DNA of 64,000 nt from Ophelia neglecta (taxonomy: Eukaryota). The translations under genes and the position numbers were made by a program. The stretch lies in assembly GCA_965285935.1 (NCBI GenBank), contig OZ260667.1:14384001-14448000 (forward strand), in the 5' to 3' direction. The notes beneath the pieces are model-generated. The model searched no databases. It was not told where the DNA came from and saw only the letters and a program-made list of their open reading frames with translations. Shown here piece by piece: positions 24,797-39,039 of the stretch (positions are counted from its first letter, which is position 1; each line of letters opens with the position of its first letter).

Positions 24797-27487
24797 TGTG
24801 TCTGTAACACGGACCGCAGGCAAACAGGAGAACCAATCTCTGTCTGTGACACGGACCGCAGGCAAACAGGAGAACCAATCTCTGTCTGTGACACAGACCG
24901 CAGGCAAACAGGAGAACCAATCTCTGTCTGTGACACGGACCGCAGGCAAACAGGAGAACCAATCTCTGTCTGTAACACGGACCGCAGGCAAACAGGAGAA
25001 CCAATCTGTGTCTGTAACACGGACCGCAGCCAAACAGGAGAACCAATCTCTGTCTGTGACACGGACCGCAGCCAAACAGGAGAACCAATCTCTGTCTGTG
25101 ACACGGACCGCAGCCAAACAGGAGAACCAATCTCTGTCTGTAACACGGACCGCAGGCAAACAGGAGAACCAATCTCTGTCTGTGACACGGACCGCAGGCA
25201 AACAGGAGAACCAATCTCTGTCTGTGACACGGACCGCAAACAAACAGGAGAACCAATCTCTGTCTGTAACACGGACCGCAGGCAAACAGGAGAACCAATC
25301 TCTGTCTGTGACACGGACCGCAGCCAAACAGGAGAACCAATCTCTGTCTGTAACACGGACCGCAGGCAAACAGGAGAACCAATCTCTGTCTGTAACACGG
25401 ACCGCAGGCAAACAGGAGAACCAATCTCTGTCTGTGACACGGACCGCAGCCAAACAGGAGAACCAATCTCTGTCTGTAACTCGGTCCGCAGCCAAACAGG
25501 AGAACCAATCTCCATCTGTAACACGGACCGCAGCCAAACAGGAGAACCAATCTCTGTCTGTGACACGGACCGCAGGCAAACAGGAGAACCAATCTCTGTC
25601 TGTGACACGGACCGCAGGCAAACAGGAGAACCAATCTCTGTCTGTGACACAGACCGCAGCCAAACAGGAGAACCAATCTCCATCTGTAACACGGACCGCA
25701 GCCAAACAGGAGAACCAATCTCTGTCTGTAACACGGACCGCAGGCAAACAGAAAAACCAATCTCTGTCTGTAACACGGACCGCAGCCAAACAGGAGAACC
25801 AATCTCTGTCCGTGACACGGACCGCAGGCAAACAGGAGAACCAATCTCTGTCTGTGACACGGACCGCAGCCAAACAGGAGAACCAATCTCTGTCTGTGAC
25901 ACGGACCGCAGCCAAACAGGAGAACCAATCTCTGTCTGTAACACGGACCGCAGCCAAACAGGAGAACCAATCTCTGTCTGTGACACGCACCGCAAACAAA
26001 CAGGAGAACCAATCTCTGTCTGTAACACGGACCGCAGCCAAACAGGAGAACCAAGCTATGTCTGTAACTCGGTCCGCAGGCAAACAGGAGAACCAATCTC
26101 CATCTGTAACACGGATCGCAGGCAAACAGGAGAACCAATCTCTGTCTGTGACACAGACCGCAAGCAAACAGGAGAACCAATCTCTGTCTGTGACACAGAC
26201 CGCAAGCAAACAGGAGAACCAATCTCTGTCTGTAACACGGACCGCAGCCAAACAGGAGAACCAATCTCTGTCTGTGACACAGACCGCAAGCAAACAGGAG
26301 AACCAATCTCTGTCTGTGACACGGACCGCAGGCAAACAGGAGAACCAATATCTGTCTGTGACACGGACCGCAGGCAAACAGGAGAACCAATCTGTGTCTG
26401 TGACACGGACCGCAGGCAAACAGGAGAACCAATCTCTGTCTGTAACACGGACCGCAGCCAAACAGGAGAACCAATCTATGTCTGTAACTCTGCCCGCAGG
26501 CAAACAGGAGAACCAATCTCTGTCTGTGACACGGACCGCAGGCAAACAGGAGAACCAATCTCTGTCTGTAACACGGACCGCAGCCAAACAGGAGAACCAA
26601 TCTATGTCTGTAACTCTGCCCGCAGGCAAACAGGAGAACCAATCTCTGTCTGTGACACGGACCGCAGGCAAACAGGAGAACCAATCTGTGTCTGTGACAC
26701 GGACCGCAGGCAAACAGGAGAACCAATCTATGTCTGTAACACGGACCGCAGCCAAACAGAAGAACCAATCTCTGTCTGTGACACGGACCGCAGGCAAACA
26801 GGAGAACCAATCTGTGTCTGTGACACGGACCGCAGGCAAACGGGAGAACCAATCTCTGTCTGTAACTCGGTCCGCAGCCAAACAGGAGAACCAATCTCCA
26901 TCTGTAACACGGACCGCAGCCAAACAGGAGAACCAATCTCTGTCTGTGACACGGACCGCAGGCAAACAGGAGAACCAATATGTGTCTGTGACACGGACCG
27001 CAGGCAAACAGGAGAACCAATCTATGTCTGTAACACAGACCGCAGCCAAACAGGAGAACCAATCTCTGTCTGTAACACGGACCGCAGGCAAACAGGAGAA
27101 CCAATCTCTGTCTGTGACACGGACCGCAGCCAAACAGGAGAACCAATCTCTTTCTGTAACTCGGTCCGCAGCCAAACAGGAGAACCAATCTCCATCTGTA
27201 ACACGGACCGCAGCCAAACAGGAGAACCAATCTCTGTCTGTGACACGGACCGCAGGCAAACAGGAGAACCAATCTCTGTCTGTGACACGGACCGCAGGCA
27301 AACAGGAGAACCAATCTCTGTCTGTGACACAGACCGCAGCCAAACAGGAGAACCAATATCCATCTGTAACACGGACCGCAGCCAAACAGGAGAACCAATC
27401 TCTGTCTGTAACACGGACCGCAGGCAAACAGGAGAACCAATCTCTGTCTGTAACTCTGCCCGCAGGCAAACAGGAGAATTTGTCTGT
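24797..27487. repeat. 42-bp minisatellite, about 64 copies, intronic
   Basis: Unit TGTCTGTGACACGGACCGCAGGCAAACAGGAGAACCAATCTC, with 14-aa periodicity in all overlapping ORFs. Confidence 0.98.
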
Positions 27488-30400
27488 ACCACCGAATTTT
27501 AATGGCCAGCGCACTTTAAGATTGCTTTTGTCTTTATTCTTTTTTTTAGCATGACTTGTTTGAAATAGGCGATGGCGGTAGGTGTGCAGCTATGTGTCGA
27601 GATTCTAGTAAGATATATGTGTGTCGCCAGCAGTCACATCGAGGTCAGAGAGTCGCCACTGTTCTTTCTCCTCTCCTAGTGTGTATATAGACACACGTGA
27701 GCTGCAATCTGTATGCCAGGGTCCTTCGAATTGCAAACCACGTCAGCTAAACTCAGATAGAACGCATGCTTATGTTTCCTGGTCGAGATATACACACAGA
27801 AAGATGATGCACAAAGCTGGCCATTGCTAGGAAAGCTACCGTGTCGGATGAACCCGCGCCTTATTAAACTGAGCTATAAGAATCACCTGGGATATGAAAA
27901 TGGTTGAAGCGAGATAATAGATCATATGATACGACATCCGGTGCCACAATGTATAGTGACATGGTCCCCTAGCCTACCCGGCACCACACCTGGCTGCCAG
28001 ACGTGCGGTGGCCGACTCGCTATGAGGACTGTCTAGTCTATTGCTTGTAGTATCTCTAATTCTCCCGCTCCCGACAGTACATAGCCATTCTTGTGTCCAT
28101 TTACTGTCTGCCTAAGACCTTTTAATAGAGCACTGGTCGTTTGTTCATTCGGAGCAAGAAGGACTCAAATGGATTTTACTGGTTGAAGCTTTATTGACGA
28201 GTACTTAAGAGTGCGATGCAGTTAACTCAATGTCGTCGACTACAATCATGTTAGACTGGCCTTCTACAAGACAAGCTCCGGAAATGTGGCTCTTGGGCCG
28301 TCGGAATACACCATTCGGCACTGTTTATTGCGTTCAGGCTCTTTCATTGCAAAGACAACTGCAGCCTGTTAGAACCAAGGATGTGTCGTGCGGCAATCAG
28401 AACTACACTGTAAATTTTAATTTAAAATGGTTGTTATGGAACACCTCTCCAGCCATAGTATCAAATAGAATAATTTGTCCAGGTATACTAACACCAATTT
28501 TCATTGATTTTGTCTACCTGTAGCTAGTAGTTAACCATGCCATTACATCGTTTTAGTCAATGACAGCCATTATAACTGACCCAGATATTATTGTACATTA
28601 TAAGCAATTGGGTAAAGCTCATGTTAGGAACTCCCTGTCATAAACAACACAGGCTCGGAATGACAGCTGCCTGCCTTAATACAGGCAGAAAGACCTAGAA
28701 TGCTAACTGACAATTGACTATAATTATCTTCAGCATCATAGGAAACCTTCAGGCAAGCCCATTGTCTATAGGCCAACCGTTTGTCTGTGGGTATTTTTAT
28801 AGTTAATAGGTCATTCAATCTATAGTATATCTTTACTCTATAGACTATAGTCTGAGACCTCTCATTTACTCTATAGGCTAACCTATAGTTTTCATGCTTA
28901 TCTATAGATATAGCCAAGTTTATATATATATATATATATATATATTGTATAGGCTGACATATATTATTATATGTTAATGTATAGTATACAGGCTGGTTTA
29001 TAGTTTGTAGCCTATATAACGTGTCTATGGGCTTCTCAGACAGACAAGACAACGGGGCGGTAGACAGGTTATCTAAGTCAAATTCAGCAAATTATCGATC
29101 AGCTCAATTGAAGCAGTGTCTACTCCTATTTCGCACAAAATACCCTGCCAGTTAGCACATCTGAGTCCGATCCGACGTGACGTCACGGGGTTGTTGGTCG
29201 CTGGCGTCCAGATCCATCATAATTGTTAATCTATCGTCTGTCACTACGAGAATGGCCCTTCAACATTAATCGAAATGCTTTCCCTTCCATCCAGTTGCTC
29301 ACATTTAATTCGCTTTCCATACTTTCCATACATCAGTGTGAAGATGACCTTGTGTGAGGTTTGTCTAATTTGGACACCTGCTGCCCCGCCTTCCTGACCA
29401 CTTCTACGGTCGCCATTGGAAGCCTCTTTGTTACCACGCAACACGAACTGCCCTAAAACAATCAATAACGCTCCTTTCCTACTTCCGTCAACAACCTTTT
29501 AGAAGTTGTACCCGATCTGCTTTTCTTCCAATCGAATCAAGAAATTACAAAAAGAGAGCAAATAGGCCTTTGAAACAGACCGGAAACTAAAGTGAGAACT
29601 CTCTACTGATTAAAGGGCACACCATCCGGCTGTACGGGCCCGTCTTAACTCAACTCCACTGCTTGATCCACTCAAAAACAACGACCGAAAGTGACAGTGG
29701 AACCAATATTTGTTGGAGTCAATAGTGCGGATCACGAAGCGACTTGATGTAATGTCCGTGTTCCCAATTATACCACCATGCCCTGATTTATTTACTGGCC
29801 GGCTCGATTTATTTCTATTTGCCTTGGGGCGGTTTGTTTATTGAGAACTTAAATAGGACGTCCGCAGATTGATTCCCGTTTCCTCGCCTTTTGTCGTTTG
29901 GTGTATTTAGTATGGGCGCCCTAACGGCCATTTTACCAGTATTTAGGGGCATGTCTCTCGGGTGTGGCCCATACAAGGTGAAACACAGTGTCTGCAAGGG
30001 TGTGTCTGGGCCGAAATGACATGGGTATAGGTGTGCCGGTCAATTTGGAGCGCTGGGAATCAATAGGTTAGGGGCCGGGGCCGGAAGGCAGGGCGAGTAT
30101 CTGACCCCGGTCGTGACGGAATAACTACAATTAGGATAATATAGCGAGCTGCAGGCTAGTTGATTTGTATGGAGGGATGGCGTGTGGAACCTCGCTGCTC
30201 TGTCTGACCTCTGTACCGGCACCAACAGGATGGCCTTCACCGCCTAGCTGTCTGTGGAAAGGAACAGAGGAAGCCGACATCTGATTGGATCATTAAATTG
30301 TCAAAATGATCCAACCACAATGCAAACCAGACGTGATTTCTCTGAGGGTCCATTTCTAGGTTTTATACGATGTTTGTATACAATATCCCGAGAGTATGTT

Positions 30401-33400
30401 CAGTCTTACTGACGGTGTATGCTTTCGGCCCAGGACATACATCTCTTTAAGTTGGTTTCCGGTGTCCCGGGGACACATATTGCTGGATCCTTATCATTAT
30501 CCTGATTGCACTGGTGCCCAGCTCGTTTATACCTGCTTTGTACAAGCGGTTGGAAACATAGCCCAAACAGCTCCGTATACACGATACTACACTTGGTTTT
30601 CTGGGTGATACTTCCGGTAGATCACTGACGCTTGGCGCTCAGGAAACAGCGGATAAGACATAAGCACCAATCAGCGGCCAGGCTACTAATCGCGTCGGGA
30701 CTGTGTTCCATTGAATGCCCCTTTTATCGCTCAGCAATGAAGGCGGATTACATTAAAAGAAGGCATGTGGTTAGGATACAAGCTCTAGCGTGCGAGCTGA
30801 CAAATATCCAACAAACAGCGATGCAAATATTGGTAGCCCTTTGCTGATCTATTTTAAAGGCCTATGCGATAGACCACGAAAAGCGCTGACGGTGTGATGT
30901 TGGTTCACGCACTGCATATCAAACGTCTGCCCAACTCAATGGCGCTTCGTTAATTCAAAATAACGAGATCACACGAAAGCTCGTGACAATCGCACGAAAA
31001 TCCGAGAGGTGGTTCTAGGAAGCGCATATCTGCGCCTTGTTGCAGTAAACGACCGATGATATAAACACTAGTACCGAATATATACACCATGCCCATCGGT
31101 TCAACCATGCATGGCAGAACATTTTAGGTACAATCGACAATTATAGTAATTTTTGTCATATTTCTACAGCAGCTCACGGTTATAGAACAAATAAATAACC
31201 GCGTGACCAGCAGGAACTACCTCTAATATTCATGATAAGCATTTGCGTCTCATCTGGGCCAAGTCATTGTAAGGACAATTTCAGAGTTTCATGTATATTT
31301 TATCAGTGATGGGCGCATTGATTGAACGAATTCGTATGTGTGGACTCTCATGGGGATGGAGTCACGCCATTGTCTGCACATTCGTATCCCAGATTTCCTG
31401 CAATCACTCCGCCAGGTTCCTCGGTTTCGTCATACAAACCGTGAGATCGGAAAAGGCACTATTTTCTCTCCAAACAATAGCAGACGGCGAAGCCTATAAT
31501 CAGGGGTGCCTAAGCTATCCCCAAGGTAAAACAACTCCACTCCCATGAATCTGAGGGAACATTAGTGTGTCAAGTTTTGTAGCGTAGACACCCGCGTATT
31601 CTCACCGTCTCACCGCCACACTAAGACTAAGTGCGCTGGGCAAAAATAAAGCAGAATTTTTTTGTGAATTCTCATTTCTCAAATACCTGACAAATATATA
31701 ATACACAGTAAATTGTAGGTACTAGTAGTTCGGTTTCCTAGTGCCTTTTTATGCGTTGAGGGGGGAAACAAGTTGGATAGTGGATGATGTTAGTCGGTGA
31801 GGACACAGACACTGTACAGATGGAAACAGAAATAGGGCTATGCGCTTGACGTGGTGGAGGGTGAGTGAACGCCCGAATACCGGAAACTGAGAAGTAGCGA
31901 ATGCCTATAGTGTCGTTACACTTTCATATCGATTCCACTTCATACTGAATACAACGGTTCGCCATTAATATGAAGTTAAAGTTCTCAGACGAAGTCTTGT
32001 TACACCATCGAAGGCGGATAAATCACACGACGGCTGTCTCCCCGCCCGGCTCCTCTCAGACGAGCACCTAATAAAAACGGCCTGTTATGACTTCCAGTAC
32101 ATAGCAAAATGGCGGCGAGAACAGTGGGTGGTAAATAGACGACCCAGGGCAGACGACAAGCACCTAAACTGACATCCAGTACAATAATTTATTACAAACA
32201 TGTACATTCTTCCCAACTTCAGGACACATGCTCTGATAAAACATTAAACTTAAAGACATTAGAACTTCTCATTGTCCTGGTTCAGATGCATTTAATTGAT
32301 GCGAGGGAAGGCACGTCCACCTGGACTCATTTGAAATAAATGATATTTCGGTCCATTCATTTCCATAAAATTGACCATTCGCACGTTGCGAAAATAGCCC
32401 CGCCCCCTTTCTGTGGAAAGTGTTGGCCCAATCATCCTGTCCGTTGTCAAAGTCACGTGACCGATTTGTGCCTTGGTGGTGCATTAATTAACCGCCAGTA
32501 TATCACTGAGTCGTCGTCCTGAATGACGAGACAAAAAATACTCATGTCTGTAAAAGGTCGCATGGACTCCTGAACTACCGCCATTCAAGCTAAGCTCGAG
32601 CTTAAATCGGCTGTCTAGAAATATAGTCCGAGCGTGCGGGACGGATAAAGACCACATGCCACGGGTTCCAGTTAAAGTGCATTCAAGCAATTGCCGACAT
32701 TTACAAAACCTTAATATCGACCTGCCAAAGGATGCAAAAACAACGCGCTGTTTGACTATAAAGTTGACGAGTTAACAACATTGTCAGTGTTGACTGTCAT
32801 CATCATATGCTCTGATAGGGGTTTATGTGATACGATTACAATGTGACAAGTTTAATCTCTTTTGGCTTTCACTCTGGTGTTTTCTGACTGCTATCGTTCA
32901 TGTCCTTTATGTTTACTTAGGATGAATGTCAGCCTCTAGACATTAATGGGAACAGATTATTTCCCGATCATAATGGATATATTTCTCCTTTTTTCTGTGT
33001 ATATTTTTTATTTGTGTCAGTGATACAACATTTTCCTCTCGGAAATATTGGGAGATTCACAATGATAAGGTGCTTGTAACGGGGAAGGTGGGGGTGGGGT
33101 GAGGGGTAGCGGTGGGGTGCTGGGGGGGGGGGGCTGTTATCAGCTCGAGTTCAGACCATTACCCAGCCAAACTGTCGGAACACTGACCGCGCACTTGATC
33201 TACGTCAATGTTAGCTCCGTGATCGATTAGTGGTCGATAAATGATATATTAGATCCTAACAATCGCCGGCCAACTGAGCAGTGCCCCAAACCTCTGTCGT
33301 CTGCGAACGATTGGCAGGAGCGTATAGCCAGACTGGAAGTCAACTGAGCGGAAACATCTCTCACTGCTCATGGCTGAGTGGATCTGAGCTGCTCAAAGGG

Positions 33401-34269
33401 CTATCATGGGGATGAAAGAATTAATGTAAGTACCATAGGGGGGAAACAGGTCGGTTGAGTAGGTCATCTGGACAAAGTCAAATAAATACTGAACGATAGA
33501 GGTTAACATGCACCCCGCAATTGCGTGATTCAACTGAATTTATTAGTTTTGTTATCCCATAATAAATAACTGACGTCTGATCACGTGCGATGAAACAAGA
33601 TCATGTGACCTGGCAATATTGTCATGTGACAATAGGCGCTTAATTAAATCTACATCCGCATTCCAATCCTTCTGTCTGAGTTATTGTAGGCAATATCGCC
33701 TAAAGTTGCGTTTGGGTTCAAGAAGTACGGCGACCCCTGATGAGGAGGTCAATCTGATCAACTGAACGATACTTAAAACTATCGATCAGTTATAATGTAC
33801 AGTGATTATCTCAGTAAGGATCTACACTATGTACGCCATCCCCGCAACAGATCTCAGCTCGGTGCTCAGAAAGGACGTGGGGGTCCCTGCCCTGGAATAA
33901 AGCACTTCCGCGTAGAATTCGTAATAACTCATTAATTATCCAACCAACTGAGGTGATATTGGTTGCTGCGGAACTGCTCTCCCGGGTTGCCAGGGACGAC
34001 TCTTGAAGGCGCCGCTTGCTCGAGTCCGGGGGTAGCGACTACATGGCCGCTAGTCAATAAGACAATCACGCCGGCGCTCAACAACGATACCGATATCTAA
34101 TTATTCTGGGGAGTGTAAATAATTGGTCATTAATTATACTAGCGTTGGTGCTCCGTTGAATTCAGAGCCGTAACAGGTCTATGGAGGGACTTCGTCGACC
34201 GAAGAAATATCACCGCTCAGAACTAAGGACATAAATTACCTCCTTCTCGACAGCCATGGCAAAAGGGTA

Positions 34270-34855
34270 AACAGGCGATACCGGACTCTCTGACAACAGA
34301 CGTGACCAACCGGCCATTGACCACACATGCCTTACAAGACTCCCTGAAAACCGACGTGACCAACTCGGGATTGACCACACATGCCATACAAGACTCCCTG
34401 AAAACCGACGTGACAAACTCGGGATTGACCACACATGCCCTACAAGACTCCCTGAAAACCGACGTGAGCGTCCGGCCATTGGCGACACATGCCATACCGC
34501 ACGCCATGGCCACAGACATATGATCGCCTGGCCATTGGCGGCAAATGCCACACTGGACTCCTTGACAACAGACGCGACTGTCCGGCTAGTCACGACACAG
34601 GACATACTGTGCTTGCTGGCCGTCACATGACCACCCGGCAATCGGCGACACATGCCATACGGCACTCCATGACCGAAGACATGTGACCATCGGGCCATTG
34701 GCGACACATGCCAAACCGGACTACCTGACTTCAGACGTGACCGTCCGGCAATTCTCGACACATGTCTTACCAGTCTCCTTGACAACAGTCGTGACCGTCC
34801 GGCCATTAACGACACAGGCCATGCTGTACTTCCTGACCGTCACATGACCTTCCAG
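34270..34855. repeat. Degenerate 54-bp minisatellite (about 10 copies, 3 near-identical)
   Basis: CCACACATGCCTTACAAGACTCCCTGAAAACCGACGTGACCAACTCGGGATTGA at 34321, 34375 and 34429, with diverged flanking copies. Confidence 0.85.
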
Positions 34856-37800
34856 CCCCCTGACATCAGATGATCGTTATGCCCATAAACATCAGTTGTA
34901 AAAATAAACGAAAAGAACACACCCAGAAATGCGATATTTAGCTTCAGGTTGCAAGCAATACCGTCATATTATTAAAAAAAACCATACCGATGTGGTGTGT
35001 TTATGCTTTCACTATTGTATGCCCATTACTCATTAACAAATAATACTGCAATATCATAAATGTTGCTGTCGAGTTTATCTTATAAGAAAATATAGCTGGA
35101 AAATGTATGCCCATGATACAACAAGCACAAATGTCATGTTTACCTGAGCTGGCGTTTCTATCTTTTATGAGAAAAATAAACGTGCACCAGTCAAAGCCGG
35201 TTTTTAAAGGATTTAATTATGGCCCGCAGGCTATTTCATATATAAAGAAAAGTACAAAACCTATGTTAATTGACGTCCAATTTCGGGGTCAGGCTTGGTT
35301 TTCTTATAAACAATGATGGTATAAGAGTTGGGTATCAAATGATGTATTGTCAGGACACGACCTTCCGGTTTTATCGGATGAGTAACCCTATGCTTCTTTG
35401 ATAGGCAGACAAATGCATATTTATGCCACAAACAATGTCACCTTTATGCGGTTATTATCCATACAGGTTCTAGCCTTCTTTTCTTAATTTGCAGAGCCAT
35501 TAGTAAAACATTGTAATACAGTTGTGCCTGTGTCTTGTGACTGATGAATAAAGGCCACTCCCGTCGCTGAGCGAGGAAATGCACTGTTTCCTACTGCTAT
35601 ATTTAACCGGAAGTGCCTGTCACGACATTAAATCCGTTCACAGGGCCCGCTTTGCACATCAGTTGAAAGACTGGGGACCAGTTTTGCCTTCAAACTTTGC
35701 CAATGGAGTCGTCATGGCGGGCGATATTAGCTACATGAAGCTGCGTGCAAGACGAGTGGCAGGTTTTTAGGTGGAAGATGGTAGAAGTTAAAGAGTAACA
35801 ATCATGCGGTGAGCTGATATATCTCAGATAACTATCTGTCACTAATTGGGGCGACGCACGAACCCCGAGGACCGACTCACTACGAAAATTATCTTCATTA
35901 GGTACATAACGCTCCCTGTTTGTCTGTGCAATGCAGCCAATAGAAAGGGGAACACTATTTTTAATATTTATATCGCTATATATACTTATTTTTAAATATA
36001 ATAGATTGTGCGATAATTGTGTGTCCCCATGGATACGTCTGCCGTAAGTTGATATTAACCTCAACTATTTCTCCTGACTTTTGACTGCAAGGCGACGTCG
36101 CACTAAAACCAAAGTGTAAGGATTTTATGCGAAATATGACGTCATAGCCTGTTTAGGCGTCCTAGATTGTCAATTAGAAATGCGTGTGGTGTGACAAGTC
36201 CGGCGAATCAATTTGGCTGTGATTTGGTTGTCCTCGGCCAAGAGGGAATGGCAAATAGGTTTGTTGGCCCATAAATTTCATTATTAAAATTTAACGAGAA
36301 CTATGAAACGAGGTCTAGCACGCAGTGATGAAATGAGGAGATACAATATACAGTTGGGGAGAGTTTATAGTCAGCACCACCGCACTCATATTGGACCATA
36401 AATCTGATCTTACTTTTACGTTCATTTCCGGTTCCTTTATATGTTTCTATCTGTTGCCATGCATTGCCAGGCTTTGCCGGATTCAGGACATTGCTTTGAC
36501 CAGGTTTGTTGACAAGCTCCTCCTTACATCGACTTTGAAAGCTTATTTTCCAGGAAATTGCTTCGATGATCAGTTTTTTTTGTTTTTTTTTACCAGTGAG
36601 ACTTAGCTTTGGAGGAACATAAAGCGGTACAAAGCATGACTTCATAACACGTATATAAGATGGTTTCCAACGAAACAGTTGATTGACAAAGACGAAAACA
36701 GTCCAAACACCACGGAAGACAGTCAGCTGGCCACTCCTTCGTTAACAAGCAAACCCGACAGGACAAATAGACGCCTACTCTAGTCTATTACATCAAGCCG
36801 GCAAAGCAGACGAACGTGCCATCACGAGGCTACGTAAAGCTAGCGAGCCCACGGAGCAGAAATGCCTTGCTCTCTCGGCGTTTAGTCTTCCGGTAGTAAT
36901 TTAGGTCAGATGCGGCCAGACACGAGAGGTCATAAAGCCACTGATTACGACCGATTCGACCAAAGGAGACAGATTGACAGGAAACCAAGCTGCCAAACTA
37001 CCATAAACTAATCATTATAGTACCAAGGCCCAATCGAATTGCCAAGAGACTCCTACCACCTGCTGCGTGTTTTAGAGACAATAGGCTGTTTACTACGTAG
37101 GTATAGGACTATTTACTCTCGCTAAGCGCTACTGAAGAACAACGCGGCAAAGCGGCACAGGACTATCACTACTGCGATACATTTCCGATGATACACCCTG
37201 CAATAGGAGGCGACAACTAGTGAGGAAAGAAAACAGTTAATTAGATAGATGGGTAAGGTACTGCCATCTAAGGACGGCGTTGGCAACTATGCTACATCTG
37301 TAGGACGTGTTAGAACCGATTTCGTATGTCATAGCTAGCATATTTAGCACTTTCCGATTGTCTTATCCGACAATCAATAAAATTCTAGGTCTAATAGAAT
37401 CTCTATTCAATCTAGGATGTGCGACAAAAGCATTAAAACACGACATACATTTATAAATACATATAAAATAACGATATATGCAAGACGTATTTCACATAAA
37501 GCAGAATTTACAATCAAACAAAGCCAGGTATTTATTCTATAAAAGGTGCATTTTCAAAATTAAAGTTAAATCATCTGGCTGTGCCTGACCGGAAACGCAG
37601 CTCTGGTGCTACACTCTTGCCGAGCAAATGTGTACTACAATATTAGTAGTAATGGCAATGGTCGTCTTCGTAAATAATCATTCAACAATTAACAAGACAC
37701 GACTAATTATCAATGACTTTTGGCCAGCTAAACTATGACATCAGTTATATCAAAATACAAATAAGTAAGCGACTGGCGGTAACTAGGTTAAGGTGATTAA

Positions 37801-38791
37801 TCAGGATGCAGACGAATACATATTCGAAAAAAGCATACGAAATCAGTTAAAAGGTTGGGTAGTGCATTACATTCCCCGGCATTTTTTCTTACAATTCAAT
37901 AATGTTATTATCTTTGGACAAACTGAAACTGGCTCTAGGAAACTTGCCATGATTCACATCTTTGGTAGATCTGGTGGCTTGGGAAGGGAACATGCGCAGA
38001 GCCTAGTTCCCGTTTGTTTGAGTCATAGAAAAAAGGGCAAAACGTGAAACGACTCGCCGGCGAACGCATATCAAAGCTGCGTGTATCTAGGCCTGTATAC
38101 AGTGATGAAAGCCAAAGCTGATACAGCCATTATTTGCAAATTGCGTAAGGAATCTGTTATGCTTGCTAATGAGGTTTACGCAATATAATCAATTTTCTAG
38201 TCATAATGATAAATTGATAACAATACCCTTGAGGTAAGGTGTTCTTGTTCTTGGTTCTGGGAATATTGTGAATTTGTAGAATAAAATACCGGGGAAGTTA
38301 GGCCTGTTCATGTTAAACATGTGGTGTGGACCTGAACGGAGGAGATATTGCAAGTGGAGCTCAAATATTAGGCCTGGCTCAACAATGGTCATCTTTGCTT
38401 TACACGTAAATAAGGTATTAATTACCAAGCTGAATTGAAACACTTTATTTATGATAAATACTAACTTATTTGTAATTTACATACATGACCAGCCCAACAG
38501 ATTGGCAATTCTCCTCCCTTACTAGCTCAAAACATAACAGGAGAACGACCAACACGTATTTGAATAGTATTTAGGGAAAATCGACTTTCCATAACTATCA
38601 GACAATAGACTGGTGAACACAGGTTAAATGGTGGAAGAGATGCATGGTACATTAGCCCAGTGTGATATAACAAAGATATGGTCAATAATAATATCATATG
38701 ATATAAGCACAAGAAATTCACTTTAGTGGAAACTCGCGTGACTTCTTAAGATGAAAGAGAGCATTCCCTTTAATAGTGCCAGGCGACAATA

Positions 38792-39039
38792 CAATGGCGG
38801 ATTTAATCAGCGGCGTGTGTGTGTGGGGTGGAGGTGGTGGTGGTGGGGGGTCAACCCATTCGGTGTTTTTTTTTTTTTACAGAAGCTGCTATAGACAGCG
38901 CTTTAGGGCGGGGACAGGGGGTGCCTCCTCCCAGAAGGGTGTCTGGGGCCTAAGCCTACAGAATATTTTGAGGGCACCCATCACACAGTCACAACACGAT
39001 AGCAGACTCTGCTTTCTGCTGATTCAAAATCCGCCATTG
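38792..39039. mobile_element. MITE-like non-autonomous DNA element (248 bp) with perfect 13-bp TIRs
   Basis: CAATGGCGGATTT (38792-38804) and AAATCCGCCATTG (39027-39039), with a further AATCAGC/GCTGATT inner match. GC-rich, non-coding interior. No clear TSD. Confidence 0.7.

Noticed and set aside
24765-27554. Overlapping 890-920-aa ORFs on both strands
   Set aside because: They arise from a 42-bp (multiple of 3) unit that is stop-free in most frames. There is no domain and no synonymous bias, so they are not called as CDS.
28760-29040. CTATAG-rich quasi-periodic stretch and a 142-aa ORF
   Set aside because: Low-complexity decayed repeat around an (AT)n tract; the ORF is not protein-like.
34210-34815. 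201-aa minus-strand ORF
   Set aside because: It coincides with the degenerate 54-bp repeat, has no recognisable domain and no convincing splice boundaries.
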